Below, one piece after another: positions 47,061 through 56,148 of a DNA stretch of 64,000 nt. The stretch lies in the NCBI GenBank assembly GCA_943373175.1, contig CALSBM010000004.1:276-64275 (forward strand), read 5' to 3'. The position numbers were made by a program, and so were the translations under genes. Numbering within the stretch: the first letter of the stretch is position 1; each line of letters opens with the position of its first letter. Source of the stretch: Chitinophaga pinensis. Its GTDB lineage: Bacteria; Bacteroidota; Bacteroidia; UBA7662; JAIXUI01. A model generated the notes under the pieces. The model made no database searches. It worked only from the letters and a program-made list of their open reading frames with translations, and was not told where the DNA came from.

Positions 47061-49688
47061 ATGAAAGCCAAATTTTTTTTCCTTGTCACTGGATTGTCCA
47101 TACTTCTTTTCAGGGTCGAAGCTCAGTCATTAGCTTGGACTGTTGCATTGGAAAAAGCCTTTGAGGGCAAAACAGATAAGGAGTTGGTAGAAGTTATCTT
47201 GGTACCAAAAGACCAATTTAATATAGAGGATTTAAGGGTGAAGTTTGAAAAAACCAACTCTGATGCGGAACTACGAGCCAAGCAAACGTTGAATGCTTTG
47301 CAGGAATTTGCACAACAAGCCCTTCCGTATTGGTTGAATGTTTTTGAAGTTGTAAAAAGTAAAGAAGGCAACATCTTGGAGTTTCAGGAATCCTTTTGGC
47401 TCATCCAAGCTTTTCAATTGAAGTTAAATCGTAAAGCAGCGATAGCACTATCATCATTGCCAACCGTTCAGATTCTTGATCGTAATGCTGACCAATTTTT
47501 GTTGGAAGAACCCCTCATTCAATCTCAATCGAGAACCGAGACTACAGGCGGAAATGAAGCAGGTTTGCAAGCCATTAAAGCTCCATTCATGTGGAACCTT
47601 GGTTATACAGGTAGAGGTCGGAAGTTTCTAAGCGTTGACACTGGAATCTGGCCACGACATCCGGCTGTGAAAAACCGTTTTTTAGCCCAATATCAACCCA
47701 TGAAACAGAGCTGGCGAGGCTTTGATCGGGTTTTGCCGGCAGATAAAGGCAATAGCCATGGAACTCATACAACAGGGACTGTCCTAGGACTTGACACTGC
47801 CACTCGCGATACCATTGGAGTTGCTTTTGGTGCGTATTTCATTGCAACGGATCCCATAGTAAGCGATTTAAGTAAGGTTAGGCCTTATACCGATTTGTTA
47901 GGTGCCTTACAATGGGCTTTAAATCCTGATGGCGATACTTCTACTGTTTCTGATATTCCAGATGCTATCAACAATTCTTGGGGTAGATCTCCCAATGCCA
48001 GTGATACCATTTGGTGCAACAGTTTCATTGGACCTGGATTGCTCAATCTTGCAACTGCTGGTGTAGCAGTAGTTTTCTCAGCCGGTAATAACGGACCAGG
48101 CAATAGAACCATTGGGTTGCCGGCTACCATTAATACCAGTTCACCGGTAGTTCCGTTTACCGTAGGTGCTTTGAATGGGAACATAGCAGGTTTCCCAATA
48201 GCAAACTTTTCAAGCCGGGGACCAAGTTTATGTGGTGGTAGTGGTGCTTTTGCAATAAAACCGGAAGTTTCAGCTCCAGGAGAAAATGTTCGTTCGGCGG
48301 TCGGGCAGAATGGTTATGCGCTTTATTCGGGAACCTCAATGGCTTGCCCGCATACTGTTGGAGCAGTGCTTTTGCTTAAGGAGGCCTTTCCAGCCTTGTC
48401 CGGCGAAACACTTTGTCAAGCGTTGTATCAATCAGCAACTGATTTAGGAGATCCGGGTGAAGACAACACTTTCGGAAGAGGAATCATCGATTTGCAGGCA
48501 GCGTACAACTGGCTGATTTCACAAAACAACACGCCAGTTCCTCCCAGCAAAAAATCCTATGATTTAGTCATTACTAAGTTAAACAATCCCGAAGCCGATA
48601 GTCCTTATGTATGCATGAGCACCTTTAGTCCATCTATCCAAATAGCTAATGCGGGAGACAGCACACTCAACCAAATATCCCTGAGGTACCAGGTAGGTTC
48701 ACAATCTTATACCCATCCGATAGTTACCTCTTTAAGTCCGGGTGCTAAACTAAACATCAACCTTGGTGCTTTACCCATGAGTTCAGGTGTCAATGAGTTA
48801 ATCATTTCAGCCAGGCATCAGAACTATAATCAAGAGTATGATTCTATCAACAATAAGCGCTATTTCAGGTTAGTTAATTTGAAGTCGGACACTATTTCAG
48901 CCAATCAACCGGGAGGCTTTTTCGAAGACTTTGAATCGTTTATACCGGATAACAATCGGTGGTACATAGCCAACCCAGATACGGGCATCACCTGGGATAC
49001 TTTAGTTTATCGCACCCCATTAGGGCAATATGGTTTTCGTTCAGCGATAATGAACTGCAGGGACTATTCTCCTCGACGTAAACAATTGGATGACCTTATT
49101 TCCAGGAATATCCAATTCACTCCTGGGCAATCGCTTTCCCTTTCCTTTTCATGGGCCTATAAACTACGCCAATCTAATCTTCGTGACAGCCTTCAAGTAA
49201 GTTATTCTATTGACTGCGGGCTTACTTACCTCCCACTACTCACTATGGGTTCAATAGGAATGATTACGATGACGGTGGACACACCCTCTCAAACAACTCA
49301 TTTCAAAGACACCGTGTTGAGTTTTATCCCGGCAGGTGCAGGAACTTCAGGTATTAGCTTGAGATTCAGGACTATCAACGATTTTGGTGGAAACCTATAC
49401 TTGGATCAGATTCAAGTAAAACCCACAGTTTCTGTAAGAGAGTCAGTACTTGCAACTGGATGGCAGACATATCCCAATCCAGCTCAGGAATGGGTTGAGG
49501 TTCTATTCAATGAACCTACAAGTGCTGTTGAAAACCTATCGATTCTTGCAATCGATGGAAAGGAAGTGAAGCAGTTTATCATTCCGGCTGGAAATGTCCG
49601 GGTACGATTACCCTTGAATGGAATTAGTCCCGGGTTGTATATTATTAAAAATCAAAAAGGACAAACCACGAAATTGGTAGTTCGTTAA
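47061..49688 (+). CDS. S8-family subtilisin-like serine peptidase with type-A T9SS C-terminal sorting domain
   Basis: Catalytic triad blocks VDTGI, HGTHTTGT, GTSMACPH. C-terminal YPNPAQEWVEV...GLYIIKNQKGQTTKLVVR is a Por_Secre_tail-type CTD. Signal peptide starts at ATG 47061. Confidence 0.8.
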   Translation: MKAKFFFLVTGLSILLFRVEAQSLAWTVALEKAFEGKTDKELVEVILVPKDQFNIEDLRVKFEKTNSDAELRAKQTLNALQEFAQQALPYWLNVFEVVKSKEGNILEFQESFWLIQAFQLKLNRKAAIALSSLPTVQILDRNADQFLLEEPLIQSQSRTETTGGNEAGLQAIKAPFMWNLGYTGRGRKFLSVDTGIWPRHPAVKNRFLAQYQPMKQSWRGFDRVLPADKGNSHGTHTTGTVLGLDTATRDTIGVAFGAYFIATDPIVSDLSKVRPYTDLLGALQWALNPDGDTSTVSDIPDAINNSWGRSPNASDTIWCNSFIGPGLLNLATAGVAVVFSAGNNGPGNRTIGLPATINTSSPVVPFTVGALNGNIAGFPIANFSSRGPSLCGGSGAFAIKPEVSAPGENVRSAVGQNGYALYSGTSMACPHTVGAVLLLKEAFPALSGETLCQALYQSATDLGDPGEDNTFGRGIIDLQAAYNWLISQNNTPVPPSKKSYDLVITKLNNPEADSPYVCMSTFSPSIQIANAGDSTLNQISLRYQVGSQSYTHPIVTSLSPGAKLNINLGALPMSSGVNELIISARHQNYNQEYDSINNKRYFRLVNLKSDTISANQPGGFFEDFESFIPDNNRWYIANPDTGITWDTLVYRTPLGQYGFRSAIMNCRDYSPRRKQLDDLISRNIQFTPGQSLSLSFSWAYKLRQSNLRDSLQVSYSIDCGLTYLPLLTMGSIGMITMTVDTPSQTTHFKDTVLSFIPAGAGTSGISLRFRTINDFGGNLYLDQIQVKPTVSVRESVLATGWQTYPNPAQEWVEVLFNEPTSAVENLSILAIDGKEVKQFIIPAGNVRVRLPLNGISPGLYIIKNQKGQTTKLVVR

Positions 49689-50146
49689 TGGTGATACTTT
49701 TCACCTTTTCTAATGGTGTAAGCCCGATATAGTTGCTCTGCAATTAAAAGCCTGACCATCTGATGTGTAAACGTCATCGATGAAATAGATAGCTGATACT
49801 TCGCTTTTTGATACACAGCTTCAGAAAAACCATAAGCTCCGCCGGAAACCCACCAAACAGTTCCGGCGGATTCGTTTTCTAGCTTTTCTAAATGCTGGGC
49901 TAATTCGGCAGAACTATATTGTTTCCCGCGCTCATCCCATAAAATTAACACATCACGAGGCCCAAGAAGTTTTAACAAGGAAGCTCCTTCTTCTTCCTTC
50001 ATTTTTTCAGGTTGTGTTTGCTTAGAAGCAGAAAGAGTGAGCAACTCAAAATTCACATAATGTTTGAGTCGGTCAAGGTAGGTTTGTATCCCTTCTTGCA
50101 ACCAGAGTTCGGTAGTTTTACCGTACTGAACCAGTTTCAACTTCAT
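49685..50146 (-). CDS. rlmH: 23S rRNA (pseudouridine1915-N3)-methyltransferase RlmH
   Basis: SPOUT RlmH signature (ILWDERGK...WWVSGGAYGF...HQMVRLL). 153 aa. Confidence 0.8.
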   Translation of the reverse strand: MKLKLVQYGKTTELWLQEGIQTYLDRLKHYVNFELLTLSASKQTQPEKMKEEEGASLLKLLGPRDVLILWDERGKQYSSAELAQHLEKLENESAGTVWWVSGGAYGFSEAVYQKAKYQLSISSMTFTHQMVRLLIAEQLYRAYTIRKGEKYHH

Positions 50147-50735
50147 TAGTTATTAGTTTTACTTCTTCCCTAAAATCCGCAGAGATTGAAACCGGCACCC
50201 AGACCGTGACAAGGTTACCGGTTAAATCCGGGATATGCTCCTTTGGTTTCAAGCTCAGCTTCTTCCATAGACGTTGAACAAGTGGTTCCTGTTCATATCG
50301 ATAGTGAAACCGGAATGACTGTGTTAGAGGCCGTTCAAAAACTTCTGCCTCCTTAACTGCCTCTATTGCAGCCTGTTGATAAGCATCGATTAGTCCACGA
50401 ACACCCAGTTGTTTTCCCCCAAAGTATCTGACAACGACTACCAAAACATCTGTAACTCCTTGGCTAAGAAGTGCGTTGAGAATTGGTTTACCCGCTGAAC
50501 CAGACGGTTCACCATCGTCTGAAGATTTTTGTTGTTGGCCCTCAGCTCCCAAAATGAAGGCATAGCAATGATGGTTGGCATCAGGATAAAGTTGCTTTAA
50601 GTGTTTGAGATTCAGCGAAACAGTTTCCTCATCAGGAACAGGGAATGCAAATGCGAAAAACTTGCTGGATTTCTCGTTCAAATACGATTCGCCCTGTTTA
50701 AGTATTGATTTGTACTGCTTCATTGTTGCAACCAA
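50118..50735 (-). CDS. YigZ/IMPACT-family protein
   Basis: HHCYAF...GEPSGSAG.PIL and VVVVRYFGGKQLGVRGLIDAY match the UPF0029 signature. Confidence 0.65.
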   Translation of the reverse strand: MVATMKQYKSILKQGESYLNEKSSKFFAFAFPVPDEETVSLNLKHLKQLYPDANHHCYAFILGAEGQQQKSSDDGEPSGSAGKPILNALLSQGVTDVLVVVVRYFGGKQLGVRGLIDAYQQAAIEAVKEAEVFERPLTQSFRFHYRYEQEPLVQRLWKKLSLKPKEHIPDLTGNLVTVWVPVSISADFREEVKLITNEVETGSVR

Positions 50736-50741
50736 CGGAAG

Positions 50742-51614
50742 TCAAGCGAAGGCTATCATCAAAATAGCCGCAATGGATAATCCCAATCCCAGGTAGTTGA
50801 GCACACTCAGCTTTTCTCTGAACATAACTATGGCGGAAACGGCTGAAAGCAATACTGTTCCAACATTCATAATTGGGAAAATAACCGTGCTATCCAAACC
50901 TGACGTGGAAAGCGCTTCAAGAAGGAAATAGATAGAAAAATAATTAGGAATACCTAAGGCTATACCTCCAAGCAGGTTTCGGTAATGAAACTTCATTTTG
51001 CCCAAAACCAGTCCAGTTGTAAGAATTCCAATTCCGATGCTACCGGCAGTTAGAAACAATAGTAGGAGAAAAATGCTTGTCAAAGCCGGAGATAACACTT
51101 GGGTTTCTACATACTTCATACTGGTGTCGAGAAACCCACTTCCAACAAATATTATTAGCGGAAAAAGCCATGACTTACCATGTTTTTTAGATTCGCTTTT
51201 TGTTTCACTTTTCCAAGAAGAAAAGGTTACTGCAGCCAATGCCAATAATATTCCGAAAAACTTAACTGCATTTACTTGCTCATTATAGAGCCAAACACCA
51301 GCAGCAACTGGAATAGCCAACGACATTTTATTTGCTACAGTTGTAAGAGTAATTCCCGATTCACTTACACTTCTTCCGATGATGACGAATAGGGAAATGA
51401 AGAAGACACCAAGACCAAGAGCCCACCATATCCAATTGCCTTTTTCATGTAAAACCAATTCCGGGTTAAAAGGTCGAGCAAAAGCACCGGTGAAAACTGC
51501 AGTCAGGTAATTAAATACAATTGCCTGAAAGGTGTCAATTTTTAGTCGGTCGAACAACTTAAACAGTACCACTAAGGTAACTGAACATAAAATACAGAGA
51601 ATAAGGGCGGTCAT
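50742..51614 (-). CDS. DMT/EamA-family permease
   Basis: 290 aa, about 10 TM segments in two similar halves. Confidence 0.5.
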   Translation of the reverse strand: MTALILCILCSVTLVVLFKLFDRLKIDTFQAIVFNYLTAVFTGAFARPFNPELVLHEKGNWIWWALGLGVFFISLFVIIGRSVSESGITLTTVANKMSLAIPVAAGVWLYNEQVNAVKFFGILLALAAVTFSSWKSETKSESKKHGKSWLFPLIIFVGSGFLDTSMKYVETQVLSPALTSIFLLLLFLTAGSIGIGILTTGLVLGKMKFHYRNLLGGIALGIPNYFSIYFLLEALSTSGLDSTVIFPIMNVGTVLLSAVSAIVMFREKLSVLNYLGLGLSIAAILMIAFA

Positions 51615-52633
51615 CCGCGGTAGTTTCGGTAAATGTAGAGAGCGTCGGAGCCGGTATTTACCATTTTAAATGAAGATGAAGTAATGAATGGTGCACGTAA
51701 ACCACTTTTAAACACATCAGGTGCAATAAATACTCGTGCTTCGTCCCAGCAACCGGAAGATAAAAAACTCTCAAAAACGCCTGCGCCACCTTCAACAAGA
51801 ACAGACATAATGCCTTTTTCATAGCAATGCGCTTCAAGGTCTGCCACCCAGTTTTCAGGATGTTGAATGAGCCAGTCTTCTTCCATTTGAGGATTGAGCG
51901 TGATTCGGATGGCAGGATTAGGTTTATGAAACAACTTTAGGTTATTGTCTAAGGAACGACGAGGATCCAGCACTAACCGAATAGGATTTGGGCCAAACCA
52001 ATCGCGTACTGTTAACGAAGGATTGTCGGTTAAAGCGGTTCCAGGCCCTACTAAAATTGCGGATTCCTCAGCTCTCCATCGGTGTACCAGTATGCGAGAT
52101 TGCGGGGAACTGATCCATTTGGAGTCGCCATTTTCTTTTGCGATGAATCCATCCAGCGTTTGCGCCCATTTCAACACGATGTATGGTTTTTTTAATCCGT
52201 TGAAATGAAAAAACCGACGGTTGAGCGATTCTGACTCTTTTTTTAATACCCCTGTGATTACCTGAACGCCTGCATTTCTTAGTTTCGCTGCGCCTTTTCC
52301 TGCAACTTCAGCATAACTATCGATGCAACCAATGACAACCTTGGGGATTTTATTTTCAATGATAAAATCTGCACAGGGGGGTGTTTTGCCATAATGAGCA
52401 CATGGCTCAAGGTTGACAAACAGCGTTGAATAAGGCAACCGCCAAGCTTCTTTTACATTTTTTATCGCATTTACCTCAGCATGTGCTTGACCGAACTGCT
52501 GATGCCATCCTTCGCCTATTATTTTTCCATCATGAACGATTACACAACCCACCAAGGGATTGGGAGCTACTTTGCCTTCACCTCTGGTCGCGAGGTCTAA
52601 GCAACGAAGCATGTATTGTTCATCGGTAGTCAC
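51611..52633 (-). CDS. ribD: bifunctional riboflavin biosynthesis deaminase/reductase RibD
   Basis: Deaminase motifs HAEVNAI and PCAHYGKTPPCADFI, plus a C-terminal reductase domain. A GTG start at 52633 gives the conserved N-terminus MTTDEQYMLRCLDLA. The ORF-track ATG at 52684 would overlap divergent prmC. Confidence 0.8.
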   Translation of the reverse strand: MTTDEQYMLRCLDLATRGEGKVAPNPLVGCVIVHDGKIIGEGWHQQFGQAHAEVNAIKNVKEAWRLPYSTLFVNLEPCAHYGKTPPCADFIIENKIPKVVIGCIDSYAEVAGKGAAKLRNAGVQVITGVLKKESESLNRRFFHFNGLKKPYIVLKWAQTLDGFIAKENGDSKWISSPQSRILVHRWRAEESAILVGPGTALTDNPSLTVRDWFGPNPIRLVLDPRRSLDNNLKLFHKPNPAIRITLNPQMEEDWLIQHPENWVADLEAHCYEKGIMSVLVEGGAGVFESFLSSGCWDEARVFIAPDVFKSGLRAPFITSSSFKMVNTGSDALYIYRNYRG

Positions 52634-52671
52634 AGTTTCGGCGAAAGGCGCAAAAATAGCTTCTTTGTGTT

Positions 52672-53541
52672 GTGAATGCTTCAACTACTTCGAGCGACTT
52701 CCTTCGATTATACTGGATACCTGCACTTTCCTCAAGCATGGATGAGGCTGAGGCAAAAGCTTGTTGGCGATTTGTATTGGAAGCTTTCTCAAACTTAAAC
52801 TCACTACAAAATCCGTGGGCGGTAATCAATGAAGCTCAGTTGCAAAAATTAAAAGCACTTCAGGATGAGCTGTTAACGGGTAAACCAGTTCAATACCTTG
52901 CTGAAAAAGCACCATTCATGCACTTTTGGCTTAAAGTGACTCAGGCTGTTTTAATTCCAAGACCCGAAACCGAAGAATTAGTTGTATTGATAAAAAATCT
53001 GTTGATTCCCGAAAAAGTTAGAAGCATTCTTGACCTGGGAACTGGCAGTGGTTGCATTGCGTTGGGCTTGCATCATTATTATAAAAATGCCGGAATTACT
53101 GCCGTTGATGCTTCATCAGAAGCACTAATGGTAGCCCGTGAAAACTTTTCAACTTATGCGCCCGAAGTAAAAGTTCTTCTATTAGACTTACTCACAATGG
53201 AAATTCCAGACGAAGAGTTTGACATTATCGTGAGCAATCCCCCTTACATTCCTTTGAATGAACGAACAACTTTATCACCTAGGGTTAGCGAGAATGAGCC
53301 TTCTATGGCTTTATTTGTCCCGAACAACGACCCCCTTCTTTTCTACAGGATTATTGGTAGTCAAGCGGTAAAAAGACTTTCATCGCATGGAATTCTTGCT
53401 TTCGAAACCCATTTTCATTATGCCGAAAAGGTCAAAAGCATGTTAATCAATTTGGGATTTGAAGCTCAGGTTGAAAAAGATATGCAAGGATTACAAAGAA
53501 TGGTTTGGGCAAGAAAACCTTTGGTTATTTCGGCTGAATGA
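52672..53541 (+). CDS. prmC: release factor glutamine N5-methyltransferase PrmC (HemK)
   Basis: LIPRPETE, DLGTGSGCIAL and catalytic NPPYIP. The start could instead be the internal Met at 52738. Confidence 0.8.
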   Translation: MNASTTSSDFLRLYWIPALSSSMDEAEAKACWRFVLEAFSNLNSLQNPWAVINEAQLQKLKALQDELLTGKPVQYLAEKAPFMHFWLKVTQAVLIPRPETEELVVLIKNLLIPEKVRSILDLGTGSGCIALGLHHYYKNAGITAVDASSEALMVARENFSTYAPEVKVLLLDLLTMEIPDEEFDIIVSNPPYIPLNERTTLSPRVSENEPSMALFVPNNDPLLFYRIIGSQAVKRLSSHGILAFETHFHYAEKVKSMLINLGFEAQVEKDMQGLQRMVWARKPLVISAE

Positions 53542-55348
53542 CCAATCGGGAAACCTGATAGCCCTTTCCATCACCTGCAAAAAGACGAATTAAGTAAATA
53601 CCGGGGTGTACATCGTCGAGGCTAACATGTCCTTGAAGTACTTGTTTTCTGGCTATTAATCTTCCGCTCATATCGCATAATTCAACTATGCCCTCTCCGT
53701 TGAATCCTTCTGAACGAATATTAACGCTTTCTTTAGCAGGGTTTGGAAAAATTCTAAACTCAGCAAACGTTGGTTCTCCAGACTTAACTACAAACAAATT
53801 AGGGCCTCCAACGATTGGCCTTATGCACCATGCAGAACGAATCACTGAACGAGACCATCCCCCTCCTACATTAACAAACATTCGGTCTGTTGCGTCGTTG
53901 GAATAATCTATTCCGAGGTTTAACAGTTTGTTGGTTCCTTGTTGCCACCCTACATAAAACGAATCGGTTACAGCTAAGGCAGAGTCAAAGGCATAGGAAA
54001 CAAACTGGTTCAATGAATCCATATACCGAACCCGCTGAAATGTTTTCTGATAAAGCAAGTTTTCGCCTTTACCTGTACCCGGTTCAGGAATAGAACTCCA
54101 AACTTTCAAAGTAATGAGTTCACTAACAACGGGAAATGAATTTTGAACAAACAACATATCGATACCCCGAAGGCTATCAGGTTTAGAAAGGATGAACTTA
54201 TAGGCAATCTGACCATTCTGAGCATTGAGCCCGTAAGAATATTCAGGAATCCCATCATCATACGCATAACGATTCGTAAATAAGAGGTTACGCTCAGTCG
54301 TATCATTTCGTTTGACGATGTCCGGGTTAATGGTGATGTAATACTTCAAACTTAACTGAACAGAATCGGATGAGACCGGAGGCAATGGCAATGTTCCAGC
54401 TAATGGATTGAACCGAATACGAAAAGTAGTATCACGGGGATAGTTATAAGCAACAACCGGTTGATTTTGAAAAATTGACCCGGCTGGTTTGGTGAACCTT
54501 GCATTAAACCCGAAAGTAGCATTTGCGATATTACCCAGGTTTCTGGAGGTCACCCAAACTGCAGTATCTATCCAATCGGAGGGTTGATGAGCGAATTGAC
54601 CCCAAGGCATAATGGTATAGCGTTTCAAAGGATTACTTGGCGAAGTTGCCCAAGAAATATCCTGAAAAAGGGTGTCGTTCCTGTTGCGACCTGCCGCAAG
54701 GTAAACATAATCAAGGTGCCAGTGATCCATGTTTCCAGCAAGACTCCCAAAAGCTACAAAGCGAAATTGAAAGCCTTTGTATAACCACTGTTGGTTATTT
54801 ACAGGCACCAAAATGCGCCTAAAAACACTATCCTGATAGCCCTTTTTACCCCAAACCTGCTGCCAGTTGCCGTTGTTTTCCTTAAACTGCAACACAATCG
54901 AGTCATTGAAATCTGGCTGTTCCCCTAATCCTTTGGGTAAATAGAAAAAGCTCAAATAAAGGCTATCTGAAATGTTTCTTCCAGCTAAATTGATTGGTCT
55001 TGAAGTTAACTTATCTGCCTCCCCTCTTCCTGATGGTGTACTTAAATCGTACGCATCGCCTTGTTCATCCAAACCATCGAATGTAGCAACACCAGTTGTT
55101 ATGCTCAGCTTAACAAAACTATTGTTGATATACACTTTCCGATCTTCCCAAAGTCTTTGATCAGGAACAATGAAAGCAGAAGAAAAGTCATCTATAAACG
55201 GTAACTCAAGCGTATCTGATTGAGTGCGGTAAGCTAAATTCAGGAATTTTGAATCAGACCGGTGCCGAAGCGGGAATAAAACTTCCTGAGCTTGAGCTAA
55301 GCAAGGAAGGCAACTTGAGAACCAGACGATTAAAGTTAGAATACGCAT
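53525..55348 (-). CDS. hypothetical T9SS cargo protein with type-A C-terminal sorting domain
   Basis: 607 aa with a signal peptide. C-terminal RIFPNPAKESVNI...GIYLIRLFAGDGKGYQVSRLVIQPK is a Por_Secre_tail-type CTD. Confidence 0.65.
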   Translation of the reverse strand: MRILTLIVWFSSCLPCLAQAQEVLFPLRHRSDSKFLNLAYRTQSDTLELPFIDDFSSAFIVPDQRLWEDRKVYINNSFVKLSITTGVATFDGLDEQGDAYDLSTPSGRGEADKLTSRPINLAGRNISDSLYLSFFYLPKGLGEQPDFNDSIVLQFKENNGNWQQVWGKKGYQDSVFRRILVPVNNQQWLYKGFQFRFVAFGSLAGNMDHWHLDYVYLAAGRNRNDTLFQDISWATSPSNPLKRYTIMPWGQFAHQPSDWIDTAVWVTSRNLGNIANATFGFNARFTKPAGSIFQNQPVVAYNYPRDTTFRIRFNPLAGTLPLPPVSSDSVQLSLKYYITINPDIVKRNDTTERNLLFTNRYAYDDGIPEYSYGLNAQNGQIAYKFILSKPDSLRGIDMLFVQNSFPVVSELITLKVWSSIPEPGTGKGENLLYQKTFQRVRYMDSLNQFVSYAFDSALAVTDSFYVGWQQGTNKLLNLGIDYSNDATDRMFVNVGGGWSRSVIRSAWCIRPIVGGPNLFVVKSGEPTFAEFRIFPNPAKESVNIRSEGFNGEGIVELCDMSGRLIARKQVLQGHVSLDDVHPGIYLIRLFAGDGKGYQVSRLVIQPK

Positions 55349-56148
55349 TAATACTGAGGTTGAATAAGGTTTTTATCCTGAATTAATTGTGGGTCTCCTA
55401 ACCAAATATCTACAAGGCTAGCCGCATTTACGAGTTCATCAGGGTTGATAACCGGACGCTGACGAACAACTAATGCAGCCGAAGTATCTGAAATTGAGCC
55501 TTCATAAAACACAGAACCAAGATTCAGAGAGGATTCATAAAGCATGATTCGTGCTTCTTCTGCTGAGAGACCAGTTAAATCCGGGACAGTAACCAAGGAA
55601 TCTGCATTCATAATTCCGACAACAAGATCGATAGCAGAACCTCTGGTAAACGATTTTCCAGGATGAACAGGCAGCCCGTTTGTTTGCATTTCCAGAATTA
55701 CATTAATGGCAAGATCTGTTCTTGGAATTACCTTTCCGAGCAGAAAACCTGCATTTTGGAGTACCTGAGTTGCCTGGCGTAAGGTCATATCAATAAGATT
55801 AGGCAATTTCACCTTGGGTGCGTTGCCTTTAGTGATGGTAAGATAAACCGTTCGTTCTTCCTTCACTAAACCACCTACAGGAGGGTCTTGTTCAACTACA
55901 ATTCCGGGAGTCATTCCTTCTACATACATGGAATCGATCACCTGATAACGCAAGTGCATAGAATTGATGACCTGTTCTGCCTGAGAGAGTGTTTTTCCGT
56001 TTAAATCCGGAACCTTTATTTCTTCACCAAAACGAGTGTACCACCGAAGACTGAATCCAACTGATACAACAACTGTTAAGGTAATGCCGAGCATTAATCC
56101 GAAATGCTTCCAGAAAGTTCTGGTTTTGATGAATTGCAGAAAACTCAT
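55348..56148 (-). CDS. PASTA domain-containing membrane protein
   Basis: N-terminal TM followed by three ~65-aa PASTA-like repeats (VPDLNGKTLSQAEQVI..., VPDLTGLSAEEARIML...). Its ATG overlaps the stop of the upstream double-Ddl gene. Confidence 0.6.
   Translation of the reverse strand: MSFLQFIKTRTFWKHFGLMLGITLTVVVSVGFSLRWYTRFGEEIKVPDLNGKTLSQAEQVINSMHLRYQVIDSMYVEGMTPGIVVEQDPPVGGLVKEERTVYLTITKGNAPKVKLPNLIDMTLRQATQVLQNAGFLLGKVIPRTDLAINVILEMQTNGLPVHPGKSFTRGSAIDLVVGIMNADSLVTVPDLTGLSAEEARIMLYESSLNLGSVFYEGSISDTSAALVVRQRPVINPDELVNAASLVDIWLGDPQLIQDKNLIQPQY

Noticed and set aside
52672-52684. Apparent 13-bp overlap of divergent ribD and prmC ATG starts from the ORF track
   Set aside because: Probably an artefact of taking the longest ATG ORF. 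ribD has a conserved N-terminus from a GTG at 52633 (MTTDEQYM...), which removes the overlap.
52613-52740. Possible FMN riboswitch upstream of ribD
   Set aside because: Once realistic starts are used (ribD GTG 52633, prmC 52672 or 52738), the divergent gap is less than 110 bp. That is too short for an FMN aptamer plus expression platform. No conserved FMN-element motifs were seen.
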